From: Psammoneis japonica
Lineage: Eukaryota
NCBI GenBank assembly: GCA_008632985.1
Contig: QPGO01000134.1
Coordinates: 186,001 to 228,890 of the forward strand
Length of the DNA: 42,890 nt
Direction: 5' to 3'
Below, in pieces: positions 24,650 through 36,915 of the stretch. Position numbers and translations under genes: made by a program. The notes beneath the pieces are model-generated. The model was not told where the DNA came from. It searched no databases and worked only from the letters and a program-made list of their open reading frames with translations. Each line of letters begins with the position of its first letter. Positions within the stretch are counted from its first letter, which is position 1.

Positions 24650-26633
24650 ATCTTTCACTTTGACAAAATCAAAGGCGTGAAGCGGTTGTCTGCATTTGAG
24701 CATCACGCAGTTGGTTGCATCAACATCATTGTTGATGGAAGCAATTCCTGCAGCTGCCAAGCAACCCACCAGTCATGACAGACTGCTCACAATTTTTGCA
24801 CCTTGAGTCAATTGGGTTGTGCATTGACGCTGCTTTAAAAATGCAAACTTGCCTTTCCAGCCTTGAGAGCTCCTCAAGAAGCTCTTTGCCATTTGCCGTG
24901 TCAGTCAATGGGGCACAATGTGTGGTGCATTGCATTTCCCCTCCAACCCAATCAGATGAAACAGAGGGAAGAGCACAAGCAAAGAACGGAGCAACAACAC
25001 AAGTTAAACAGAGCAAAGCATGCAGTGGCAAACAACAAATGAGTTGCTCACACCCAAAACTCATGAGGTGCAACTCTGCACATTTCAACAGCAATCCACA
25101 AAGAGAAAAATGATGCCACAAGAGCTGGCATGTGACATGTTTGAGAGTCTCCTCTTGACCACAGCAATGACGCCACTTCAGGTTTGACAGATTGCAGTCA
25201 ACGCAAACAAGGCCAATGTTTTGGGTGGGCAGCAGGCAGCCACAAGGCTGAAAAAGGATGCAGCAGGCACTGCGTGAAAAAGCAAGAATGACATTTGTTT
25301 TTCCAAAGCCTCCCTTCCCATCCTTGGCCACTTTCCTTGGCTGTTGTTGCATCCTTCCATCTCCACCAGCCATGACACACAAGCGCTCAAAATGTGGGGC
25401 AGCCAGGACTCACAAATTGACAAAGCACTTTCTCCTTTTCTGGAGCATGCCAGAGCAGAAGACCAGTGCAAGTGATTCTGCTGCCTGGGTGACTGCAAGA
25501 GACTGCCCAACATGGTGTGCAAAAGAGGCAGCAAAAATCCTGGGCTGCTCCCCATGCATGGTCTGCAGCTGACAAAGGACCCAGCTTTTCTTTTCAGGCT
25601 TTGTCCTGGCTGTTTTCCTCTCATGCACAACTCCAACAATGGACAGCCACGTTGCTGCAGTCGGCCAATGTGGCTCAATTGGTGTTGCCTTGTTTGGCTG
25701 TGTTTTTGCACGACCACAAATTTGTTCCTCATTGTGGCTGTGGCAAACAAAAAATTGCCCAGACAAATCATTTGGTTCCCCTTCACCATGTGCAGGCAGA
25801 AATGGCACTTTCACCTCTGATGTCCAAAACATTTCTCCAGGCTCACGTGTTCTCACCTGGTGCAAACCACTCTACAAGATCCTTCAACTTTGAATCTCTG
25901 TCAAGCTTTTCATCTCAAGTCTGGCCACAGCCACTTGCATTGCTGCCATTGCTGGCCAGCATTTCCCTCCAGTGCTTTTGCAGAATTGAGCCTGGCTCTG
26001 AGTCGAGACACTGCACTGTTGAAGAAACAATTTGAGTTGTGCACTGGAACACTTGGATTTGTTTTGACCAGCCCCACTCTCAAAGTGCCCTGAAGTCTTG
26101 ACACATCATTTGTTGCTCCTGTCTGGCTTCTGCCAAACTGATCAGACATTGTGCTTTTGCCATGATCAAGGAATCATTGGCGCACTCACCCTCTTGAACA
26201 TTCAGCTGGTGTCTCTTGTTGCATTTTTGCAGCCAATGTGTCAACAGATCATTGGGGCCCATCTTGAGAAGACTGTTGTCTTCAAATGCATGGACATCTT
26301 CCTTGGCAACAAGGTCATGGACGGCTGCGCTGCAGCCAAGCAAAGAGTGCTGATGGCACCCCAGATGCCCAGTCTGGAGTGAAGGCATCACACCAGCGGG
26401 GTTCACAAAGTTGTCAGCAGGGCAGAGTGGATCCTCAACTTGAAGACATCAAAAACATTGGTGGGCACAGCAGCGCTGAGAGCACAACAGGCCCTGCAGG
26501 CCATGGAAATCTTGCCATGACTCTCATCAGCAAAACACAAGGGTCAGCTGATCAAAAATGCATGGGGCCTGGGTGGGTGGGCCAGAGCCATCATTTCATT
26601 GTCAATCTCCTGGCACACCAACTTGTGGCGGTG

Positions 26634-27071
26634 TGCAACACACAGCCACTGACAAGAGCCAATGCATCACGGCGACGTGTTGCAGCCTTTAAATGTCACA
26701 AAGGGCGTGACAAAATAACCTTTTGTCTGCATGCATGCTGCGTTGTGAATCCATGGCGGAGTGGTTCATCGTGTGACCATTAGGCAGGAGGCCAGGGGTT
26801 CGAAACCCTGAGTGGGAGTTGTCTGCAGCAACGTTGATCACTGTCGAACGCGTAAAACTCTGTGCAGTTCTGCATGTTCCTTCGCACGTGCCCACACTGT
26901 TCCGCCAAAACCGTGCAGTGTCAGCACACGTGAGCGTAGGTCGCGTGACACATGGGGAGGAGTGCAACACACAGCTGCTGATGAGAGCCAATGCATCACG
27001 GCGACGTGTTACAGCCTTTAAATGTCACAAAGGGCGTGACAAAATAACCTTTTGTCTGCATGCATGCTGCA
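26634..27071 (+). mobile_element. TRIM-like mini LTR retroelement (438 bp) with TSD GGTG
   Basis: 109-bp direct repeats at 26634-26742 and 26963-27071 (TG...CA). PPT GGGGAGGAG at 26954-26962. GGTG at 26630-26633 and 27072-27075. Interrupts a region that is continuous in copies A and B. Confidence 0.88.
26754..26807 (+). promoter_or_regulatory. tRNA-type Pol III internal promoter (A and B boxes) inside the TRIM
   Basis: A box TGGCGGAGTGG at 26754-26764; B box GGTTCGAAACC at 26797-26807 within the stem CAGGG...CCCTG. Confidence 0.7.
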
Positions 27072-30000
27072 GGTGCTTGAGAAATTTTGCCAACAACACC
27101 TCATCTTTGACAAAAATGACATGTGGCTCACACCAACAAGGCCAGTGCCACAAGAAATGCAACTTTTGAGTTCATCAACAGCACAGACCCTGTCCCTGCT
27201 TTCCTGCCTGCCCCTTGTTCTGGTGCGCAGGTGGTGGAAAAGATTTGAGCTGCACCCTTTGCGCTCCCAAATGTGAGAAAGCCAAGTGTGCCTCCAAACA
27301 CATGCTCTTGTCCCGCGACAGAATCAAGTGTCTCTCATTTGCTCAACACGCCATTGTGGCCAGGCCTCCATGAGCCAGCTGGACAAACAAACAGCTTGAC
27401 ATTGTTTTGCTGGCATTTTGCTGTCCTCACAATGGGCTGCAAGTTGGATGAGATGCACCCGGAGCTGCCACTCATGGTTGTGTGGTGGTTGTTTGCAACT
27501 TGATGTTCAAACATTGCAGACTCTTGTGTGCTCAACAAGCCATGACAGAGCTGCGCGCCTGTCTTGACCAACTGGAGTGGCGCCTGTCTCTTGAAATCTT
27601 GGGGTGAAGTTGGCTGTCAGCTGCCATGGCATTGATGAATGGATCCACAGAATTGTGGACAAGCTCCTTCTCAACCTTGTTGTTGGCAAGATCAAGAGAC
27701 ACAAGAGAACCCAAAACTGCTCCACTGCAATCTCAGACAAATCAACCTGACACTTTTGGCAATTGACAAAATCAGTGCTTGTGCCAACAGCCTGCACTTG
27801 CTCCAGTTCCAAGTCCACCGCAGCACATGTCACACCCCATGGAGTGCCGTCTTTTGCGCCAGAGATGCAAGATGTCTTCAATGACACCCGCATGGATCTT
27901 CAAAATCCAAGGAATCTTTCAAGATTTTGAGCACCTTTTCAGCACACAGCTCAGCAATCTTCCGTGCCATTGGGCTGCAACCAATCTTCGTGACAAACAG
28001 CCAGCTGCACTTCCCCCCTTCTGACTGGTGGGCGTGTCATCAGCAAAGGACTCTTGCCCAGTTCCAGAAGCTCTTTTTCTTCCTTGGTGCAAAGTGGCTG
28101 TTTGCCATGAGCTCATTGTGGTTGTTGCCCTTGGTTGATGCCAAGGCTGAAACATTGGCAGCAGGTGATTTTTTTTTGGTCAGTGTTGGTGGCTGAAGCA
28201 CCAGCAGTGGGCAAGTGGGTGTCAGCAGCTGCAGTGTTGGCAGCAGGTGAGTGGCGGGTGTCAGTCAAAAATTGAAAGGGGGTGTCAACAGCTCCAGCAG
28301 GTGGTGGTGATTGGAAGAAAGCAACAATTGACAGTGTGGGTTGCTTGGTCAATTTAGCCACCTTGTCATTCTTGAGGGTCAGTGTGCCAGCCACCACATT
28401 CAGTTTTGGCAGCTCAGTGGTTGGTGCCTTGGTGGTTGTCCTCTTGAAGTTGCTTGTGACAATGGCTGCTGCATTTGGCCTTGGAAGAGGGGATGAAAAG
28501 CATGGCCAGCAGCTTTTTATGGAGAGCAGCATTTGATGATGCAAAAGATTTTGCAGGCAAGCCCTGCTCAGCTCCTGTCTTGGCAAATGACTGGAAAAGC
28601 ATTGGCAACAAAAGAACAGTGCAGTGTGAACATGACAATGTGATTGAATGCTTGCCATGTCACAAATGACAGTGGTTGGTGTGCAAGAGCCAATGCCAAG
28701 CAAAGAGCTGTGCACCTCATGCTCATCTCTTGTCTCACTTGTGAAACAAACAAACAAACAAACAAACAACAGCAGAAATTCAGGGAAGATCTTGCATCAA
28801 TTCATTGCTCATCCAGAGAAAAAGCTGCGGCGGGTGTGACAAGAGGAGTCACTTGATGCCCAATGCACCTCATGTGCTGTTGGAGTTGACTGTTGTGTTC
28901 AAACAATTGGCGTGACAACAAGCCACATGCAAGAAGTGAGAGTCATGCTCAAAGCAGAAACAACACAAGCAGCAAAAAAACAAAGTGACTTGCTGCAACT
29001 CTTGCCAGTTTGGTGGATCTTTTTCCAGTCATCAACCCTGCCTGCTCAGTCACGGATGGTCTGGCAACATCACACTCATCTCATCACTCACAACCCACAA
29101 CATGGTGTCACCTTGTTGTTTGCATTGTGGTGGCAGAATGCACTGCAAAGCTCAAACAAACAAAGCAAGTGCAAAAATCAGCAACATCAGTGCATGAGCT
29201 GGACAGTGTTTGCCCCTCACAAGCAGGAGAAGCTCATGTTCCAGGGCATGAAGGACCCTGCTGCAGAGGTGTGCATTGAGGCAGTGCAACTTGAGGTGCT
29301 TTTGAAATGCCTGTGACTCACTGACACCTCGTCATCACCACAAAACATTGACCTGATGATGACAGCCCCAGATTGACAAGGCACAAGTTGCTCCAGGTCT
29401 CCTCTGCAGATCAGAAAGGCAACAAGAAAAGAGGACACTGCCTTGATGGAAAAACAGTCAAGTGCAGACAGTGTTTCAGCCAGAGCCGCATTCTTGGAGG
29501 ACAGACTTGGACCACCATCATTGGCTGTCTGCAAAAGAAAGACAGGTGCACTTGTCAGATGCACAAAATTTGTTCGTTGTCCTCGTGATTCATTTTGCAC
29601 ATTGCGCACTTGCCGCGCTCAAAAAACAAATGGTTTGACAGCAATGAAATGTCAGTCAAAGCAAGAAGCAGTGCATCTCAAAAAAAAAACAATTTGAAGT
29701 GCTGCTGCACCTTCACCCAGCAATGCTGGTGCCAGCTGACCCACACCTCCGGTGCACCCTGCAAGGAGTGCGGCAGAAGCGGGCTTGATTGGCCTGAATC
29801 GGCATCTCCCCTGAGGAGATGCCCGGCGGGAACAGCTGGTGCAGAGAGTGCAACAACACTTGGAGTTTGCTGTGGCATTGCTGGCAACATGCACACTGGT
29901 CATGCCATTGCCACAGAGGACAGTTGCAGCTGGGAAAAATTCACACGGGAGCCACAAAGGGAGCCAAAAGGAAGTCAAAGGAAGAGTGCCAAACCACTGG

Positions 30001-31169
30001 CTGTTGCTCATCAAGCAGTGAAACCTCACTCAAACCTCAAAGAAATGAAGCAATGGAAAGATTGCTGCATGCAGCAGAAAGCTTGATTTGCTGGCAAGCA
30101 AGGGGGAGTTTGTCCAGGGCTGGGTGACAAGAAATGGGAGTGCTTGATGATTCGACCAGTCCGTCATTGGGAAAAATGTTTTTCACGTGCAGAAACCATG
30201 CCTGATCTTGCGCAGAAATGCCGACACACACAGCAAATGGATGGCAGTCACTTGTTGCCAAAGGGAGGCTCATGCTCACACTCGTCAGCATCACAACAGA
30301 AGAAGCAATTTCGCCACAAGCAGTGAAGGACTTGGCTGGCCGATGGGAGCAAAGAAAGTCATTGGAGACAGAAGAGTGACGTGTTCCAGCCGCACGTGAC
30401 CCAAATCATGCACAAAAACAACATTTGCGCAATTTTTGCACGGTCTCTGACTTGCAAACGGTTTCTCACCACCAAAAGAATGGATTTGTTCAAATTTGAA
30501 TGTTTTGCAACACTGACAAGACTCGTGTGAGTGTTGCAACATCATTGTCATTGTGCTGTCTGTGTTTTTCATTGCGACAAACAAATCGCAACACAACAGA
30601 TGATTTTCAGCAAAATCATTGCCGTCATTTGGATGTCACCCAAACACATCTTTCTACGATGAGGCTTGGTGGGTTTTCTACCTGCAAAAAAGCTCAGCAC
30701 ACAATGCACTGACGCATGATCAGCGTTGAGTCTACAGAGAAAGTTCATGACACATGTCCCATGAGGACTTAACACCCCACAAAAAACTGTTCAAATGTTC
30801 ATGCTCTGGACTCCTGTAAAAGCCAATCCACTCAAGCATTTTGTGTGAAAATGCTCAACGCACTAAAAGATGCACAATTTACATTCAAAATCGATTGTCG
30901 TTTTGTGTGTCACCTGGGACTGGAACACATCAAGTGTGGGCACAAGAAGCTTAGAAACTTGACAAAACATTCATTGGTGGGGTTTGACGAAGCGCAAAGA
31001 ATTTGTGCTGAAATCCGTGCAGACAATTTCTTGGCTCTGCAGAAAATGACAAAAAGAATCAACACGCACATGACCCATGAGGAGTTGACGCCAATGCATG
31101 CACTCAATGTCAAAAAAAAAAGCACAAAAGTCCAAACGAATGTCATCCCACATTGTTGCTCCACACCCG

Positions 31170-34100
31170 TGGTCCATTTGTTGCTGAGCTGACAAAGGAT
31201 CCAGCCTTTCTTTTCAGGCTTTGCAATGACATTCTTCACCTCATGTGCTGCTCCGACAATGGACACGCCATTGCAGTCAGCCCACGTTGCTTGGTTGGTG
31301 TTGCCTCATCTGACTGTTTTTTTGCGCGCCCATGAATGGGTTCCTTGGTGTGGCCATGGCAAATGAAAACATTGCCCGGAAACACGATGCTGGGGCTGCT
31401 TGTCAGCAAATCATTTGGCTCCCCTTTGGCAGGTGCAGGTGGAAATGGCACTTTCACCTCTCAGGTCCAAAACATTCCTCCAGGCTTGCCATCCTCACCT
31501 GGCACAAATCGCTCTGCAAGATCCTTCAACTTTGTGTCTCTGTCAATCTTTTTGTCTGCAGTCTGGCCACTGCCATTTACATTGCCACAATTTTTGGCCA
31601 TTTCCTTCCAGTGTTTTTAGCAGAATTGCACCCAGCTCTGAGTTGCAGAAAACGTGGTGCTGAAGAAACAATTTGAGTCACAAGCTTGAACACTTGGAAT
31701 TGTCTTGACCAACCCTGCTCTCAAGAAGTGCAACCAGACACAGTGCCTTTGCCATGATCAAGGCATCATTCGTGCGCTTGCCCGCTTGAACTTCTGGCGG
31801 GTGTCTCTGGTTGCATTTTTGCATCCGACACGTCAACGGGTTGTTTGGGTCCATCTTGGGGAGATTGTTGTCCTTCAATGCGCAGATGTTTTCCTTGGTG
31901 ACATGGTCACGGAAGACTGCGCTGCAAGTGCAAGGGTGCTGATGGCATCCCAGATGCCCAGTCTGGAATGAAAGCATTGAGTTGATCGGGTTCACAAAGT
32001 CACTGGCAGGGCAGAGCTGATCCTTGTCTTGAAGACGTCAAAAAACATTGGTGAGCACAGCGGCACTGAGAGCACAACGGGCCCTGCAGGCCATGGGAAT
32101 CTTGCTGCGACTGTCGCCAGCAAAACACAAGGGTCAGTTGATCAAGAATGCGCAGGGCCTGGATGGATGGACCAGAGCCATCATTTCATTCTCAACCTCC
32201 CGGCACACCAATTTGTGGCCACGTTTGATGAACTTTGCCAACAACACCTTATCCTTGACACAAACAATGTGGTTTGCATCAACAACGCTGATGCCACAAA
32301 CATGGCTTTCGACCTTGTCAACAGCCAAATCCATTTCTACGTCCCCACCTGCCCGCTGTTCTGGTGAACAGGCGGCAGAAAAGATTTGATTCACACCCTT
32401 TGCATTCTCAAATGCAGGAAAGCCAAGTGTGTCACTGAACACATGCTCTTGTCCCATGACACAATTGGTTGTCTCAAGTTTGCTTGACACGCCATTGTGG
32501 CCAGGCTTCCACAAACCAATTGCATGAACAAACACCTTGGCATTGTTGGATTTGGCAAACCTTGCAAGAGGTTGTAAATCAGAAAAGATGCGTTCGGAGC
32601 TGCCACTCGCCATTGTGTGACAGTTGTTTGCAACTTGATGACCAAACATCACAAACTCTTGTGTGCTTGACAAGCCGCAGCAGAGCTGAACGCCTGTCTA
32701 GACCAACTGGAGCCTCTTGAAACCAAGGACGTCACCTCCACGATCGCGAATCTGCTGATGAAACAAATGTTGAAAAGGATGAAGAAGACTGTCTGTTGCC
32801 ATGGCCTTGATGAATGGATTCACCGCATTGCGGACAAGCTCCTTCTCAACCTCATCATCAATGAGATCAAGAGAAACAAGAACCCGAAACTGTTCCTCTG
32901 CAATCTCGGATGAATCAACCCAACACTTTCGGCGATTGACAAAATTGGTGCTCACACCAACACTCTTCACTTGCTCCAGTTCCAAATCCATTGTGGCATG
33001 CGTCCCACCCCATGCAGTGACTTTTTTGCAGACGCAAGACATTTTGAATGACATCCGTGTGGATCTTCAAACTCCCAGGCATTCTTCAAGATTTTGAATG
33101 CCTTTTCAGCATGAGGCTTGGCAATCTTCCGTGCCGTTGGGTTGCCACCAATCTTCATGACAAACAACCAATTGTGCTTCTCCTTCTGACTGTCAGACAT
33201 GTCGTCAGCAAAGGGCTCTTGTCCCTGCAGCTTCTTCTCCAGTTCCAAAAGCTCTTTTTCTTCCTTGGTGTAAAATGGCTGTTTGCCATCATGATCGTCA
33301 TCCTTGGTTGAGGTGAGCAAGTCGGCATCGGCAGCAACTAAAGAGTCAGCAACAGGCGAGTCGGCATTGGTGGCTGCAATGTTGGCAGCACCGGCAGGCG
33401 AGTCGGTGTCGGTGGCTGCGACGTTGGCACTGGGCATGTGTGCATCAACAGCTCTGGCAGGCGGCGGTGATTGGAAGAAAGAAGCAATGGGCAGTGTGGT
33501 TTGCTTGGTCAATTTGGCCACCTTGGAGCGCTTGACGGTTGGTGTTTCTGCAGCTTTTTGCTTCACTGGGAGCGCAATGGCAGGAGTCCTGATGGCAGTC
33601 CTGAACTTGCTTGTGACGCCAGCTGCTGCATTGGCAACGGGACTAAAAAAGGCACCAACAGTCCTTTGTCTTTTGTCCAGGGGCTTGCGCAGCTTGGGAG
33701 GCATGGTGATGTGACACATTTGGCTGCGGTGCGAATCCTTCTACATCACAAGAGAAAACGACATGACAAACAATGAGAATGACAAATGATTGGAAATGCA
33801 TGAGAGACAAAAGAACAACTCAGTGTGAATGACAACATGATTGAGCACTCACCGTGTCAAATGGCAACGATTGGTGTGTGGCCTCCAATGCCGAGCTGCA
33901 CGAAGAGCTTTGCATCTCGCACTTGTTTCCCGTCACTTGTGAGATGGCAAAACAAACAACAAGCAACAACCAATGTGAGACTCACATGTCAATGGCAGAA
34001 TGAGGAAATGTAACAAGGGAAAGAAGGAACACCACACCAAAAGCAAGTGCAACAACAAGAGCAGAGTGATGTCTCGTTTTGGTTTGTGTTTGATGAGCGA

Positions 34101-35225
34101 AGCGAAACGCGCCGAAAAAAAGCCACTCTGGATTGAACACATGCATTTTCTGGATGTGTCACACGCATCTTTCATCTCTCAGTTGTGAGAGTCAATTGTG
34201 AGTCGGAGGTGCGGAGACACTGTCTCTAGAGCAGAGAGGCGGGCGCACCTCTCTGTGGCACTGACACTGACACTCAATGCTTGCCAGCGAGCACAATCGA
34301 GCATTCATTAATTGCATTGACTGCTGTGGCTCTCCCACTCTCCACTGCAGCACCAGTGGCCAGGCTTTGGGCCCCAATGACAGAGAATCCAAAGCACAGT
34401 GAGACAAGCGTGGCAATCAAGAAATCAAAATGATGCCGAGAGAGAAAGCATCTTTCTTGACGCATTCCAGCCCCAGGTGGGAGCTCGCAGTGCTGACGTG
34501 TGACACAAATGAATTTTGTCATCCGTCGTGTGTTTCGCACGTAGATTTCTGCATGTGACATTTAAAAAAAATTGTCCAGACTCGCTGTTTTGTGAAGCCC
34601 CAGACGTTTTATGTGGCAAGTTCACAGAAACAACAATGTGCCAGTTGCATTCTTCAATGTCTGAAGAATGTAACTGGCCAAGTAAAAAATGATGTGCTTC
34701 AATCACAGGCGAGTTTGTGCGTTCGCAAAATTGCCTCATTTTCTGTTGGTGATCATTGACATTTTAATTGCCGCATGATTTTGCTGTGGAGCTCGCAGGC
34801 AGAAGTCTACGGGCCCAATGTCACACGGATTCCCACCTGCGTCTGGAACGCGTCTCTTGCAGATGGCAATCAACTTGCCAACAATGCAGAGACATCCATG
34901 ATTTGCAGCAGACGGGGACATCACTTGGTGTGAATGCTGTGCGTTCTGGTTGACGAACATGACTGTGCTTCGAATGAAATGAGTGATGGCTTCGTCTTGG
35001 GCCGGCACGCTGCGAGGTGCGTCTGCAGTTTCACATTGTCTCCCCTCCACATGTTGATTTCATCCAATCTGACAATGTTGATAAAAACAGAGTGGGCAGA
35101 GTGTGAGACAAGCAGCTGTTGAAATGACGATGGTGGCAGAAACTCATGAAACACGATGTGTCCAAAAAATCCTGCCTTCCTTGCTTGCTTCCCTTGGTTC
35201 TCTGTGTCCTTCCGCCATCCCCTGA
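31170..35225 (-). mobile_element. Large unclassified repeat, copy B (TpA-depleted)
   Basis: Colinear with 38300-42890 apart from deletions. ORF remnant MPPKLRKPLDKRQRTVGAFF starts at ~33704. Confidence 0.9.
34459..34854. mobile_element. MITE (396 bp), older relative of 24260-24649, with TSD TCTT
   Basis: Termini GACGCATTCCAGCCCCAGGTGGGA and TCCCACCTGCGTCTGGAACGCGTC. TCTT at 34455-34458 and 34855-34858. The empty site with a single TCTT is at 41611-41614. Confidence 0.93.
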
Positions 35226-35274
35226 CCACGTGCGCGTGCAGCACGCACAACGCACGCACAATGGGATGCATGCG

Positions 35275-36800
35275 TGTGGTGTTTCTGCAGCCTTTCGCTT
35301 CACTGGGAGCGCAATGGCAGGAGTCCTGGCAGCAGTCCTGAACTTGCTTGTGACGCCAGCTGCTGCATTGGCATTGGCAAGGGGACTGAAAAAGGCACCA
35401 ATGGTCCTTTGTCCTTCATCCAGGGGCTTGCGCAGCTTGGGAGGCATGGTGATGCGATGTGTTTGGCTGCGGTGCGAATCCGTCGGCATCGCCACAGCAA
35501 ACAACGGATTGTTAGAAATGAATCAGAAACAAACAAGAGTGCAGTGTGAACAATGGTGTGACCATGCACTCACCGTGCCAAATGACAGCAACAGGTGTGC
35601 TGCCACCAATGCCGAGTTGAGTGTAGCGCGCTCGTTGCATTTCAATGCGATCGTTTCCAACACGCTGAATGATGTCGACCCAACAACCAATCAGCACCAA
35701 ACAAAACAGTCAATGAGCAACACATTGTTCCACAAAGAGAAAATCATTGAATGGCAGTGTTGTCGATTCGACACTCACCTGGGGAAAATGTTGTTGGTGT
35801 GACACTGTCACGACGAGTCAATTGACGTTGGACGCACCTCGTGTGCCGATGGAGTCGTCGACTCTTGCGTTCAAACAATCGGCACGACGACAAACCAAAC
35901 ATGACAAGTGAGAATCACATTCAAAGTGTGAACCACACAAGACATTGACATGAATGGAGATGAATGCTTGCCTTTCAAAGAGCAGTCAAAAAACAAAGCC
36001 GCTCGATGCGACAGTTGCCTTCTTTTTGTCGATTCTGAGATTGATGACCGCGGAATTCCGGCGCGCCAATTTCGTGCCAGCATCAATCCCGCCTGATCAG
36101 TCACGGACAGTCTGTCCTCGCACTGCAGGTTTTTTGTCGGCATTCTCATCTTGTCACTCTTGAACTCGTCAAACACAACATGATGTTACATTGTTGTTTG
36201 CGCTGCACAAGATGGCCGAACGCGACAAACAAAGTGTGCAAAAAATCAGCAACGCCCGTGCATTAGCCGGACAGTGTCCAACTCTCTAAAACTCTGCCGC
36301 AGAAGCAGTGCATGAAGAGGCATGTTTTGAGGCAGTGGCCCTGCGTCTTGAGGTGGGTGCTTTTGAAGTTTCTGCAACTTGCTGACACTCGTCACCACAA
36401 AGTGTTGACCCATGACGACAACCCTGGATTGGCAAGGTGCGAGTCGTTTGGCGGCCTTTCTCTGCAGATCCGATGGCACAGAAAGACACAGAAATTAAGA
36501 CACCGCTCTGTCAGTGCCGTTCATCGACATTGTCACACAATGCAGCTTTTCTCATCATTCTTGGAGGACAGACTTGGGCTTGGACCATCATCAACCCGTG
36601 CAGAACTTCAGTCAGAGGGGCGTCATTGGAGGACATTCTTGGACAAGTGTCATTGATTGTCTGCAAAAGAAAGAAAGAGCACTTGTTAGATGCACAAAAT
36701 TTGTTCGTCGTCCTCGTGATTCATCACATGTTGCACAATGCATGCTCACCACATTCACACAAAAAACGGTTCGGCAAATGACAAAATGTCAATCAAAGCA
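35275..36800 (-). mobile_element. Large unclassified repeat, copy D (ORF 5' end plus upstream region)
   Basis: MPPKLRKPLDEGQRTIGAFF at ~35447, truncated after KRKAAETP. The upstream region matches 28600-29700 and 41770-41950. Confidence 0.85.
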
Positions 36801-36915
36801 GGCAGCACGTCTCAAAGCATGTCAGCACGCAAACAACAACATGCACACAAAATACAAACAAAGCAAATGGTGCAAGATGCCCATGACAAACAGCAGGATG
36901 TCCCCACTCCCAGCG

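Larger units (their letters stand above)
23300..29700 (-). mobile_element. Large unclassified repeat, copy C (most decayed, longest ORF remnant; hosts a MITE and a TRIM)
   Basis: 25570-28530 is colinear with 38290-40907 (e.g. GEMFWTSEVKVPFLPA, FFQSPPPA). 28530-29700 matches 35450-36800. The left boundary is approximate. Confidence 0.8.

Noticed and set aside
24715..24780. GSCRNCFH followed by a possible HxD, suggesting a 2OG-Fe(II) dioxygenase (TET/JBP or AlkB-like) domain
   Set aside because: Needs a frameshift plus assumed reversions, and no distal His/Arg was identified. Only a profile search of the restored consensus could support it.
26745..26820. Functional tRNA gene
   Set aside because: A and B boxes are present, but there is no convincing acceptor or anticodon stem, and it lies inside a TRIM.
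28744..28770. (AAAC)n run, and (GTT)n at ~3295-3312
   Set aside because: Ordinary short microsatellites.
30187..30580. Possible Ulp1-like protease relic (H..W...QDSCEC)
   Set aside because: Weak match with internal stops; Cys and His are inflated here by the mutation bias.
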